DNA of 57,068 nucleotides from a virus (taxonomy: Duplodnaviria; Caudoviricetes). The stretch covers positions 1-57,068 of IMG/VR virus record IMGVR_UViG_3300044796_000031. One strand, given 5' to 3'. Within the stretch, counting starts at the first letter, position 1. Every line of letters begins with the position of its first letter. The translations under genes and the position numbers were made by a program. This document shows positions 44,257-53,738 of this stretch, one piece after another. The notes beneath the pieces were generated by a model that searched no databases, was not told where the DNA came from, and worked only from the letters and a program-made list of their open reading frames with translations.

Positions 44257-44434
44257 CCGCGTTCTCCTCTACTTCCGTAAAATCATTCAACTCTTTAACT
44301 TCTGGTTCTTCCGGTGCTTCTGGTTCTACTTCAACAACAGGAGCATCCGTAGATACCGGAACCACACCCGCCAAATACGCATCACGTCGAACGCGTGCCT
44401 CAGCATTAGCTTTCTCTTCCAAATCTTCACTCAT
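44249..44434 (-). CDS. Small acidic protein
   Basis: Likely start MSEDLEE overlapping portal end; SD GGAGAG. Confidence 0.5.
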   Translation of the reverse strand: MSEDLEEKANAEARVRRDAYLAGVVPVSTDAPVVEVEPEAPEEPEVKELNDFTEVEENADV

Positions 44435-46937
44435 TAGGCTCTCCTTCAGTTGGTTGAATAAAATGCTTCGATATATGGTCATACGCCATCTGTAGCGATT
44501 TCATATTGCGATCCGCATGGGCATCATGAACCGTCTTCGCTAAATCCGTCCGTGAACTAATCTCCGCTTTCTGTATCTCGGTCTGATGTTCAATTCCCAT
44601 CTTCTGAAGTGCCAACTGATAATCCATCTGTGCTGACTGTGCCTTCTCCTGCGCCACCATCATCTTTGTATGCGCATCATTCGCTGCCTTCTGCTGGTCA
44701 AGTGACAGACGCCCCTGTGCAATCTGCTGTTGTCCCTGAACCTGCTGCGCCGCAATAGCTGCCATTGGATCTTGTGGCTGCTGAGGCTGTGAAGCCTGTA
44801 ACTGTTGCATACCCTTAGCCACCAGTGCGGGAATCTTCCCAAATGCAATATCTGCTGCCTTATCCACCACCGCACACTGTTTCGCTAATTCAACCGCAGC
44901 ATTCGGATCCGCATCAAAATTAACCTGATCCCCACCTGCTGCCTTCTTCATCATCTCGCCGTACCAAACCAGCAAATGATCCTGCAAATGATTTAGCGCT
45001 GCAACCATGAACTTACCCGCTACAATAGGTGATTGTCCAAACAGCGGATTCTGCGCAAAGTCCAGCAACACCTGAATATGCGCCTCGTGGTTCTGCCCCT
45101 CGAACGCCTTTACAGGCTTGCCAAGCACCATATTCACGTTCTCATCAACCGGATTAAGCGGCACAGCCTCCTGCGCAGGTGGCAAAAACTCTTCATAGTC
45201 AGGAATCTTCGCCATCTCAAACGCGCGTGCAAGCAACTTAGGTATGCTTATTTCCTGCGCAATCTGCGGATAGCCGCCAGCCAAGAACCCCATCACCGTC
45301 TGGATGACGAACTGAATCTGCGCAAATCGCTGCGTCTCACTGAAAATATTAGGATCGCTCACAGGATGCACATCCATGTGGCCTTCAAAATCCTGCGGCG
45401 TTACATAATCCTCTGGATCTGACCCAAACTGCACCTTATCCGGCATATGGTCACGATAGAGCCGATGCAATATCTCTAAGCAGCGCCGCTGGCTATCGTG
45501 CAGCCTTGCATGAATGGAACTAAATACCTTCGCGCCCTGTTCTATCAACGCCAACGCCGTACCCACTGGCATGTTATTACCAGCTTCCGCTATCGACTCC
45601 TCAGCCGTACCAACTACCGAACGTGCTGCTTGATCCAGATACCCCAGCAATTCAAACAAAACAGGTGATGGAGGATTAAACGGTGTCGCCATAAACACCT
45701 TGCGAATATCGTCCGTACCCATAGCATCGACTTCAGTAATCTGCGTCGGCGCAACCGATAACGAAGCCCCACCAGGATTCCCCTTCAGCTTAATACCGCC
45801 CGCCATGTTATTAATCAGCGCCGTGTCCAACAACGCCCGCAGCGATCCAGTCAACGCATCCGGCAAGCCGCCCATGCACTGCAACAACGAAAGCCCAAAC
45901 ACCCCGCGCCACGGAATAAAGGTCCAATCGACCAGATAATCTAACTCCGAAGCCGTCTCGTCACTCTCATCCCAATTCCGATAAATAGCTAAAACCTTAC
46001 GGCTATCCTCATCAATCGTGATTAAATACGGGCAAGCCCTATCCTTCGGTGCAAGTCTATCAAACTCCATCTCCTCGTAAACGCAACCCTCGTTAATAAT
46101 GCGCTCACCAGTCTCAGAAATGTAATCGTTCTTCTTGCCCTCAATGCGTGCAGTCTGCCGCGCGCTATACGTCTCTTCCTCAGTGCCAACATAACCACGG
46201 CCAAGCGAGTGATCGACATACTCACCCGAATCAATCTTGCGCCCAAAATCAAAGTCCGACATCCGCATACGGTGAAACTTGCGCTGCAAATCAAAAAAAT
46301 TACGTGCTTCATACGGCAGCACAATATCGTCAATCGGTACAAATTCAGCGTTAGGACGCGCACGCGCATCATCCCAATAAATCTTCATGTACTGCGAACC
46401 GCCCACAGGTAACTGCGTAAGCAAACGCTCCAACTCAGGACGATATGACTTGATTACCTCAGTAAGCTGCCAGTTCATAAACTCGGTCTTACGCTTCGCC
46501 TTATCCATCTTTTCTTTATTCGGCTTGCCCTCAACCTTGGCGCGGACAGGCCCATTCGGTGGGAATAACTCTTTGATGGAAGATGCCGAGAAGTCGATAA
46601 ATGATTGTGTCAGAATAGGATGCGTCACACGACTTGCACCCTCAAATCCCGCGCCTCCAGGAGCCGGGCTTCCTAAGCCTGCCTTCTGCAAACCAGCAGC
46701 CTGCATCTTATCTCTTTCAGTTCTAGCCTCAGCGTCCTGTTCAATCAGGTCAAGATACTTAGTCGCCAGTTCATCTATATACGATGGGGGGAATGTCTCG
46801 GCCAAATTCTGGAACCATTCAGTGTCTTTTGCTGGCTCGTTCTCGTCTAGAACTAGCGTTGTGGTTCCATCGCCATTATCCTGCTCTGAGGAGAAGTCAT
46901 TATCCTCAAATTCAACTTCCTGTGTCGGTTCGTCCAA
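44427..46937 (-). CDS. Portal protein
   Basis: GASRVTHP.L, ELFPPNGPV, PVGTALALIEQG, PVSDPNIFS; 836 aa; after terminase. Confidence 0.9.
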   Translation of the reverse strand: MDEPTQEVEFEDNDFSSEQDNGDGTTTLVLDENEPAKDTEWFQNLAETFPPSYIDELATKYLDLIEQDAEARTERDKMQAAGLQKAGLGSPAPGGAGFEGASRVTHPILTQSFIDFSASSIKELFPPNGPVRAKVEGKPNKEKMDKAKRKTEFMNWQLTEVIKSYRPELERLLTQLPVGGSQYMKIYWDDARARPNAEFVPIDDIVLPYEARNFFDLQRKFHRMRMSDFDFGRKIDSGEYVDHSLGRGYVGTEEETYSARQTARIEGKKNDYISETGERIINEGCVYEEMEFDRLAPKDRACPYLITIDEDSRKVLAIYRNWDESDETASELDYLVDWTFIPWRGVFGLSLLQCMGGLPDALTGSLRALLDTALINNMAGGIKLKGNPGGASLSVAPTQITEVDAMGTDDIRKVFMATPFNPPSPVLFELLGYLDQAARSVVGTAEESIAEAGNNMPVGTALALIEQGAKVFSSIHARLHDSQRRCLEILHRLYRDHMPDKVQFGSDPEDYVTPQDFEGHMDVHPVSDPNIFSETQRFAQIQFVIQTVMGFLAGGYPQIAQEISIPKLLARAFEMAKIPDYEEFLPPAQEAVPLNPVDENVNMVLGKPVKAFEGQNHEAHIQVLLDFAQNPLFGQSPIVAGKFMVAALNHLQDHLLVWYGEMMKKAAGGDQVNFDADPNAAVELAKQCAVVDKAADIAFGKIPALVAKGMQQLQASQPQQPQDPMAAIAAQQVQGQQQIAQGRLSLDQQKAANDAHTKMMVAQEKAQSAQMDYQLALQKMGIEHQTEIQKAEISSRTDLAKTVHDAHADRNMKSLQMAYDHISKHFIQPTEGEPNE

Positions 46938-47015
46938 TTCCGTCAGCCTCTCGCTATCGCGTTAAGACCACCGTTCGGACACTCGAAAGCGTCATCTCTT
47001 GGTGTATGTAAGTAT

Positions 47016-47044
47016 GCTATACGCTATATGTGGTAGAACGTCAA
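47016..47044 (-). promoter_or_regulatory. Putative portal promoter
   Basis: TTGACG-17 nt-TATAGC. Confidence 0.5.
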
Positions 47045-47048
47045 GCGA

Positions 47049-47279
47049 CTATGCGGATTTCTTCTTGCGGCCCGGTTTCGCTTTCGCATCGGGCGTAGGC
47101 ACCATAAGCTGTGGCTCAAGTGTAGCTCCCGCTTCAGCTACACTCGCCTGACCCAACCAATACTGACAATCCTGCTTCGCGCCAGCAATCGCCTGCAACT
47201 CCGCAATACCCTGATCTTGAATCTTCTTCTCCATCGCCGTCAATTCCTCGATGCGCCGTTCGATCTGCTGCTTGTTCAT
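47049..47279 (-). CDS. Small coiled-coil protein
   Basis: 76 aa; AIAGAKQDCQYWL. Confidence 0.6.
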   Translation of the reverse strand: MNKQQIERRIEELTAMEKKIQDQGIAELQAIAGAKQDCQYWLGQASVAEAGATLEPQLMVPTPDAKAKPGRKKKSA

Positions 47280-47282
47280 GGC

Positions 47283-47936
47283 CTAATCCCTATTCGATGG
47301 TGTTGATAATGCTTCTTCTAAATTCCAGCCCCAATATATGCGTCCTCTGACTAAACGAGAATTTACACCACGCTCTCTGCATACGTCAACTAAATATCTT
47401 TTCTCCCCATTGTAATTAACGAATACGGCGCGGCGCTTATTCTTTGATTGATTCTCTAATGTCTCCCATTTGCAATTGGACGGTTCATAATTACCATTAG
47501 TGTCTATGCGCTCTATGCTATGATCGGTAGTCGGCTTTCTTCCCATATCAGACAGAAAAGTCTCATATGAATAACGCCACTCGTCGCAAACTATAATACC
47601 GCGCCCGCCATAGTCTTTGTAATCCTTATGCGGCACATAGTAACAACGATTCCGCATATTGAGCCAGCAACGATATTCTGCATTATTTCTGCTATCTCCA
47701 TGAGTAGTCATGCGTGCTCTAGTTTTCTCTGAACGGTCGCACCCACAACTTGTCGTATGATTCCTTCGCAAGTTATCCATAATACAAACCACTTGTTTTC
47801 CGCAGTCACATTGGCACAGCCAGCGTATTTGACTTTTTCTCCTCTCAACAAAGGAGATAAGAACTAGGTGATTATATCTATCGCCAGATTTTAGATTGTA
47901 TGGTTTATTTGATTTAGCTATGATGGCATCAGCCAT
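47283..47936 (-). CDS. Free-standing HNH-type homing endonuclease
   Basis: WLCQCDCG, SCGC, YGGRGI.VC.EW, SIERIDTNGNYEPSNCKW. Confidence 0.88.
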   Translation of the reverse strand: MADAIIAKSNKPYNLKSGDRYNHLVLISFVERRKSQIRWLCQCDCGKQVVCIMDNLRRNHTTSCGCDRSEKTRARMTTHGDSRNNAEYRCWLNMRNRCYYVPHKDYKDYGGRGIIVCDEWRYSYETFLSDMGRKPTTDHSIERIDTNGNYEPSNCKWETLENQSKNKRRAVFVNYNGEKRYLVDVCRERGVNSRLVRGRIYWGWNLEEALSTPSNRD

Positions 47937-48023
47937 AACGACTCCATTCGTTGTTGGTTAGAAGCCTCGCGGTGGTGGTACACTCGCGGGGTTTCGTATT
48001 TATTGCACAGATTCAGCCAGTTG

Positions 48024-50678
48024 TCAACTGTACGACCCTACGTCTGTATTGTAATAATAGGATGGTGTGCGCTCTGGAACAATCTTGCCCCGCAGATAAC
48101 CCGTCTTATCTAAATACATAAGCGCCATAACGATTGCGTCCACCCCATCATCGTGAGCGCAATTGGGGAACGAGGTCAATTGCCCGTATGCCTTACTGAG
48201 CCACGACATCACCATCCCCTTGCGCTTGGGGTTGCGTGATTCTGGAAGCCATAAGTAACCGTCTCTGACTAGGTGCGAGACTAGATTAGCGCGAGCGCTC
48301 TTATCAAGCGAACCGGGATTAAACCCATAAACCGCAATACCAGCCCGCTTTAAATCAGGAATGAGTGCCGACCCGCTCGCCTTGTCCTCGACTATACACG
48401 CATCAACCAACTTATCATTCGCTCCGTATTTATTCGTATACTGGTCAATTACCGTATCGCGTAATTCTGGATAGGCCACCTTTTCCATATAGCAATCGAG
48501 TACCATAATTGAATACTTGGATGACCCCTCCACCGCCTTAAACAGCCCCAGCATCATGAGGCATGAATCATCCGCCGTTTGCTTTACGCTAAATGCCCCA
48601 TCAATCGAAAGAAACACCGCGTCGAATGCTGGCAGTTCTTTATCGTGTGGCCATAGACGGAACCAATCGGGCTGAAAGATAACGCTATCCGATGCCATAG
48701 GGTTTTGCAGCATTTGGGATGACAGAATCGCGGGTGACATTTCCTGCACCTTTTTTTCCCATTCGTCCTGCGAAAAGTAAACCGGATTCCCCTCCGCTGT
48801 GCCGTCATCCGTAGCGGGATATATTCTAGGCTTCACCACTCCGCGCTCGATGTAAACCTGATATGCGTCCCCGACCTTGTACCGCGTCCCGATCATGCGC
48901 ATGTGTCCGCCGCGCTTGCCAAGGTTGTGTGACATATCCAAAGCGTCGAGTGTCTTTTGCATTTGCTCGGCTGTACTGACGGATTCCATCGTAGTTACAT
49001 CATCGTAAATTCGTATATCGAAATGGCGACCAGTTGGTGCGCCGTCAACAAGCCCGTGCGCCTCTACGGTAGCCTCCGGCGGGTTGCCCTTTCGTATTAC
49101 AGTGATCCCCTGATCTTCGGACCATTTGGGCGAATCTTCCACGTTGTAAAATAGAATGTCATGAAAACAGCCGCGCAATTCCACGTTTGTTTCAAATTCC
49201 CGCTTGATAACGCGCAGGAACGATTTAGCCATAGGCTTAGTGTGCGAGAAAATGCCGATGGTGATTTCTGGATTGTTGATGATGTCGAAAATGGTTAGGG
49301 CAACAGTAATCACCAGCGAGTTGTGAGTTGTGACCATTGAGCGACCAGTCAAATATAGCCCGTCCTCTCGGTCTACTTGTATGCAGCGCATTGGCTCACT
49401 TAGTACGGGTTCACATGCTACAATATAGCGGCGCGGGTTACGGCGTTCTCCATCTTTGCATCGTTCCAACTTCCTAGACAATCTAAACGGCGGCAATGAC
49501 TTGTATCCCTGAAACGACACATGATAAGAAACATGCGGCTTACCATTGTATGGCGTTCTATTGATGTATAGCGACGGCTTAAGGCCAAGCGTATCACATA
49601 ACTCGATGAACTGATAAGCCAGCGGCTCTAACACTGTGCAGAATGATGCCGTCCCTCTTGTGTTGCACGTCCCGTCGGTATCCATTAGCCCCTGTAGTAA
49701 TGCAAGCCGCTGCGCTTCGGATGCGCGGAGATACACTGACGGGATATGTTTGTTTTTTGCTAAACCTAATGCGCGAATTGCATTCATAAAATCGGATGAG
49801 GTTCGCTTGCCTTGAATGCCGTCGCCTAAACGCAATCGGACGCAATGCTTGCGCTCCTTGCGCGTTACTGCAATACCTTCGGCGCGCAATAGTCCACCCA
49901 TCTCGTCGGCATCATTAAGCCCAGATGTAATTTGCGGCCCGTTAGAATCGCCATCACCAACCCATGCCCCTAGCAAGTATGGACTTACCGGCAATGCCAC
50001 ATCCGGCAACTGCAACGGTGCATTAACGCGCACGGCAAGCCTATTATCCGCCCCATGATTATGCGTTGAGATTTCTCGCGTATTCACAACAACTGATTCG
50101 CGGTATTTGCGACCATTTTTTGTTCCGCTGATTCGCTTGCGCGTTCTGCGCTCGACTTCCCATAAATGGTTGCCGCTGCATTTTATCGCGGTTCCGTCAT
50201 CAAATGTAATGCGGTAGCAATCGGTGCCGTGATATATGGGGCTCAGTGCCACAACGCGGCAAACCGTCCCGTCCGGCGAGAAAATGGAATCGCCTTCTTT
50301 TAAATCGCCATGCCGCACCCAGCCAGTCGGCGTCGGCGTCGGCTCATCAAGCGACTGTGCCTTACCATGCTCCCGCGCCCACAGATCCAAGCACCCGTTA
50401 GGCTCTGCCTGTACTTCCCGGCAGCGCTCGAAAAACCAATCCGTATCGGCAAAGGTGCGCCCCAGCCCATACACCAGCAGCGCGAATAGATCACTCTTGT
50501 AAAGTAGCGTCTTGTAGTAAATCTCCTCTTTGACGCTCAATGTTTTGAACGAGCGTATTAAATCCCTCAAGACTTCCCGTGATGAGGCCAACTGCACCGG
50601 AGTGCTTGTGCTCGATTGCTGTTTTGTCACCAAATACCCCGCGATTCTCTTTACCAGCTTGCCATTTTTCCGCGTCAA
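48024..50678 (-). CDS. terL: Terminase large subunit containing an intein (start uncertain)
   Basis: WAREHGK/S Walker A split by intein; IYDD Walker B; VEDKASG and HDDGVDA nuclease motifs. Confidence 0.92.
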   Translation of the reverse strand: MTRKNGKLVKRIAGYLVTKQQSSTSTPVQLASSREVLRDLIRSFKTLSVKEEIYYKTLLYKSDLFALLVYGLGRTFADTDWFFERCREVQAEPNGCLDLWAREHGKAQSLDEPTPTPTGWVRHGDLKEGDSIFSPDGTVCRVVALSPIYHGTDCYRITFDDGTAIKCSGNHLWEVERRTRKRISGTKNGRKYRESVVVNTREISTHNHGADNRLAVRVNAPLQLPDVALPVSPYLLGAWVGDGDSNGPQITSGLNDADEMGGLLRAEGIAVTRKERKHCVRLRLGDGIQGKRTSSDFMNAIRALGLAKNKHIPSVYLRASEAQRLALLQGLMDTDGTCNTRGTASFCTVLEPLAYQFIELCDTLGLKPSLYINRTPYNGKPHVSYHVSFQGYKSLPPFRLSRKLERCKDGERRNPRRYIVACEPVLSEPMRCIQVDREDGLYLTGRSMVTTHNSLVITVALTIFDIINNPEITIGIFSHTKPMAKSFLRVIKREFETNVELRGCFHDILFYNVEDSPKWSEDQGITVIRKGNPPEATVEAHGLVDGAPTGRHFDIRIYDDVTTMESVSTAEQMQKTLDALDMSHNLGKRGGHMRMIGTRYKVGDAYQVYIERGVVKPRIYPATDDGTAEGNPVYFSQDEWEKKVQEMSPAILSSQMLQNPMASDSVIFQPDWFRLWPHDKELPAFDAVFLSIDGAFSVKQTADDSCLMMLGLFKAVEGSSKYSIMVLDCYMEKVAYPELRDTVIDQYTNKYGANDKLVDACIVEDKASGSALIPDLKRAGIAVYGFNPGSLDKSARANLVSHLVRDGYLWLPESRNPKRKGMVMSWLSKAYGQLTSFPNCAHDDGVDAIVMALMYLDKTGYLRGKIVPERTPSYYYNTDVGSYS
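49320..50360 (-). mobile_element. Class 3 intein (347 aa) with LAGLIDADG homing endonuclease
   Basis: Starts AQSL, ends THN before Ser; HLW, MRCIQV and THN supply the W-C-T triplet; LLGAWVGDG and LLQGLMDTDG. Confidence 0.92.
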
Positions 50679-50946
50679 TCACCACACGCGCCACATCCGG
50701 TGCAATTTCACCGCTTAACGTGCGTTTAGTTATGTCGTCCATTCTATCGACTCTCGCAAATGCCCTAAATTCACGAGCGCGCGCGTATTTCTCGAAGAAA
50801 TCAGGGAATTCTCGCAACCAATTATAAACCGTTGCATAATGCGGCATATCTGGTTCGTCTGGTAAATTATTTATATTTGAGCCTGCTGCGACGTGCGCAC
50901 AAATTCTGTCTGCCAATTCTGGCGTATATCCTGAAGGTCTGCCCAT
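50491..50946 (-). CDS. terS: Terminase small subunit (Sf6/P22-like)
   Basis: MGRPSGYTPELADRIC...MP..ATVYNWL..F.EKYARARE...KW.AGK. Confidence 0.88.
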   Translation of the reverse strand: MGRPSGYTPELADRICAHVAAGSNINNLPDEPDMPHYATVYNWLREFPDFFEKYARAREFRAFARVDRMDDITKRTLSGEIAPDVARVVIDAEKWQAGKENRGVFGDKTAIEHKHSGAVGLITGSLEGFNTLVQNIERQRGDLLQDATLQE

Positions 50947-50952
50947 AGCTAC

Positions 50953-50981
50953 AGGATAAGCATTTACACCCATCCTGTCAA
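50953..50981 (-). promoter_or_regulatory. terS promoter (leaderless transcript)
   Basis: TTGACA-17 nt-TATCCT, then 6 nt to ATG 50946. Confidence 0.65.
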
Positions 50982-51172
50982 TAGGCACGCATTTCCATTC
51001 TTTTGCCCGTACAGCGCGAAGACGGAACTAGGCGGGGGATGGTGTTGGAAATGGGAGCGCGAAGGTCTGGTGAGAGGTTTGAAAAACAGAAAAGCACGGG
51101 CGTGATAAGTATAGAACCACAAAACCGCAGCGCAGCAAGGTAAGCCGCACGCAACAACTAACATAAAAACCA

Positions 51173-51497
51173 TTTGCTGCTATAAATATCGTTATAATTC
51201 ATAAGGGTAGCAATTTGAAAAAATTTGCTGCCATCGATCTACCTTTTTGCTGCCATTTTTGCTGCCATCTAAGTCTCTATATTATATACCTTTTTTAATT
51301 AAATATTTAAATAAATAGGTAATAATAATAATAGACACGCTCATATGCGCGCGCCTGTGTACGCATACACACCTGCAACCCCCCGTCTATTTTTTCGATT
51401 GCTGCCATTTTTGCTGCCATGCTGGAAGTTATTGCTTTTATTCAAGAAAGTGCTGAAAACTGGTGAAATATGGATGGCAGCAGGCATTTGCTGCCAT
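51173..51497. repeat. Iteron cluster flanking AT-rich tract; probable replication origin
   Basis: TTGCTGCCAT at 51225, 51247, 51259, 51399, 51411, 51488; inverted copy at 51474; AT-rich 51275-51334. Confidence 0.75.
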
Positions 51498-51591
51498 GCC
51501 GAAAAACCCCTAAGAATGTCGAATATGTTATAACGGTAGTCGCAAATCGTTAGTAAACACTTTTCTAATTTTATAAATATGTTTACATAAA

Positions 51592-51620
51592 TTGACATGA
51601 TTTCAGAAAGATGTTACAAG
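51592..51620 (+). promoter_or_regulatory. Early promoter
   Basis: TTGACA-17 nt-TACAAG. Confidence 0.55.
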
Positions 51621-51655
51621 CATTTGGTTACTAACAATTTATACATGAGGGTAAA

Positions 51656-51916
51656 ATGGACACTTTAAGTTTCAGAAAAAAGCATAATTTGACCGCCGGA
51701 GCGTTGGCGCAGCGTCTGGGTGTGGATCGGCAAACCGTCTACAATTGGGAGAGTGGGAACAGAAAAGCGGCTGGATATTTGGGCCTAGCGTTGGAAGCAT
51801 TAGAAGCGAAATTGGTGAAATTATCGCCGCAAAAAACAGAGGCTAAAAAGAGCGCGGCAGCTATTGAAGCCGAAGCAATAGCTAGATATAGGGCATCAAT
51901 TAATGATATAATTTAA
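51656..51916 (+). CDS. Cro-like HTH protein
   Basis: FRKKHNLTAGALAQRLGVDRQTVYNWESG. Confidence 0.85.
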   Translation: MDTLSFRKKHNLTAGALAQRLGVDRQTVYNWESGNRKAAGYLGLALEALEAKLVKLSPQKTEAKKSAAAIEAEAIARYRASINDII

Positions 51917-51965
51917 TGGGTTAGCTAAATAATGAACCGAAATGAATTATTTTAGTTTATTTTAG

Positions 51966-51994
51966 TTGACTGTGTTCGTTCGTTTTGCTAGATT
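51966..51994 (+). promoter_or_regulatory. Early promoter
   Basis: TTGACT-17 nt-TAGATT with AT-rich upstream element. Confidence 0.6.
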
Positions 51995-52050
51995 CTGATT
52001 CAGGCAAGGGAAATAGCCCGCGCCGGGAACAGAAACCACAGGGGACAAAA

Positions 52051-52215
52051 ATGGAAAAACTAATCGCAGCTTACCTGGCTAATCCGAATGACGCTAACGC
52101 AGAGAAGGTGCGCGCACATGGCACACGTAAACCAATGAGCGTTTGTTTGTTGTCGCCCGTTGAGCACTCGGCCTATCGTGATGCGCTTGGCCAATTAACC
52201 GCTATGGCAGCGTAG
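52051..52215 (+). CDS. Small early protein
   Basis: MEKLIAAYLANP; G-rich SD. Confidence 0.55.
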   Translation: MEKLIAAYLANPNDANAEKVRAHGTRKPMSVCLLSPVEHSAYRDALGQLTAMAA

Positions 52216-52394
52216 GGGGTCGGCACCACATGAAAAACGCACTCACCACACTAATCGAGGTTGCCCTTGTCGGGATAATATCGGCCATGGGAACACTAGC
52301 CTTCGCGTGCATATTTTCTACCGATGCGCGGGAAGTGTTCGGGAAGATTATGCTTTCGGTAATTACACTGCACAACATGTTTTAGGGGGAATTT

Positions 52395-52745
52395 ATGACG
52401 CAGATACACACGCAGGGGCCTTGGTCGATGTACGAAGGATATGACGCAACTTTTATACGCACCACGGAGCGCAAAAAGGGTGAGATTACGCCGCGCTCAG
52501 TTGCGGAGGCAACACACCATGGAGATCACTACGAGCAAAACGGCGAGCGCACCGCGTATCGTCAGGCTACCGCAGAAGATCGCGCCAACGCCCGCCTAAT
52601 CGCCGCCGCGCCTGAGTTGCTGGAGCGGTTAGAATTGCTGCTTAACTTGGCGAAATTCGATTGCATGGACGACAAGTCGAACGAGTGGCGCAACGAGATG
52701 CTATACACTCGCGCAGCAATCGCCAAAGCACGCGGGGAGGCATAG
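52395..52745 (+). CDS. Early protein of the HTxGPW...ANARLIAAAPELL family
   Basis: HTQGPW, ANARLIAAAPELLE, RAAIAKARG. Confidence 0.8.
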   Translation: MTQIHTQGPWSMYEGYDATFIRTTERKKGEITPRSVAEATHHGDHYEQNGERTAYRQATAEDRANARLIAAAPELLERLELLLNLAKFDCMDDKSNEWRNEMLYTRAAIAKARGEA

Positions 52746-52747
52746 CC

Positions 52748-53119
52748 ATGAACCAGCTAGATTTCCTAAACGACCCGCGCACGATTCAGCAGGTTGACCC
52801 GACGCCGTTAGAGGTGGCGATTAATAGGCAACCCATGCGCCGTTTTATAGTGGAAACTGAATTCCACGGCGGCATATGGGAAAACGTATGGGCAGAGGAC
52901 GGCAAGCCCGACACGTTCGCCACACTCAATGATGCGGTGCAGGAGATCCGCGACCATATAATCGACTCGATTAGCGCGGTAGAAGCTGGGGACATGAAGG
53001 ACAGCCCAGACCCTAGTAATTTTCGTATCGTAGAGGAATCGCAACGGGAAATAGGCCAAGAGGTTATGGCGGTTTATTATTTTACGGGACGCCCTTGGAT
53101 GTACGAGGCGGCCTTATGA
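52748..53119 (+). CDS. Hypothetical early protein
   Basis: Likely start MNQLDF at 52748 (SD GGAGG). Confidence 0.6.
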   Translation: MNQLDFLNDPRTIQQVDPTPLEVAINRQPMRRFIVETEFHGGIWENVWAEDGKPDTFATLNDAVQEIRDHIIDSISAVEAGDMKDSPDPSNFRIVEESQREIGQEVMAVYYFTGRPWMYEAAL

Positions 53120-53426
53120 ACACCTACCGCATATGCATAAGCTGCCCCCGTGGCGACAAATGGCTCACCTTGCGGGCGATCAGCGAAACCGCAGCTAGGG
53201 CAATCCTATATGTAAACGGGCGCAAAGGGCAGTATTTAAAACAGATTATTTTATGGAGGGAAGGGATATGAAAACGCTTTTAATAATCTACGCCATGGCC
53301 GGGCTGGCATTGATGCAGTGGGCCATGACACAAGCAGGCGATGCCCGTGATGCGTGGCGCTTGCAGGACGAAAACAATTTACGGCTGATTCTGGCCGTAA
53401 AATAAGAGGGCGAAGGTAGCATAATC

Positions 53427-53738
53427 ATGAAAACCAAAACTTTTGAAGTCAGAGACAGAGCAACATTTATACCGGTATTTGCTATTAAAATGCAGCCGGA
53501 AAATGAAGGCCAGCGTTACCTATTGCGCCGCGCCGGTTACTCATGCCAGCCGGACGACCCTATCGTTATGGTGGGTTTTCTGGGTAAAGGGGGATGCAAC
53601 TATGATTCTTACAGTTGGGGTGGTTCACGCACCATGACCGTTGCCCACCAGTATATTGAAAAGAATTTTGACGATCTAAGCAATGGTGACGTGATCGACG
53701 TTGAATATGTGTTGGGGGAAGCGGTGAAGGAGGCGTGA
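53427..53738 (+). CDS. Conserved hypothetical phage protein
   Basis: EVRDRATFIP..RTM.VAH.YI..F..L..GDVIDVE. Confidence 0.7.
   Translation: MKTKTFEVRDRATFIPVFAIKMQPENEGQRYLLRRAGYSCQPDDPIVMVGFLGKGGCNYDSYSWGGSRTMTVAHQYIEKNFDDLSNGDVIDVEYVLGEAVKEA

Noticed and set aside
47283-48023. HNH as part of a group I intron
   Set aside because: TerL ends with intact nuclease motifs before it and no interrupted gene flanks it.
50964-51598. ORFs 50964..51173, 51341..51598 and 51345..51533
   Set aside because: They overlap promoter and iteron sequence, lack SDs and show no recognisable motifs.
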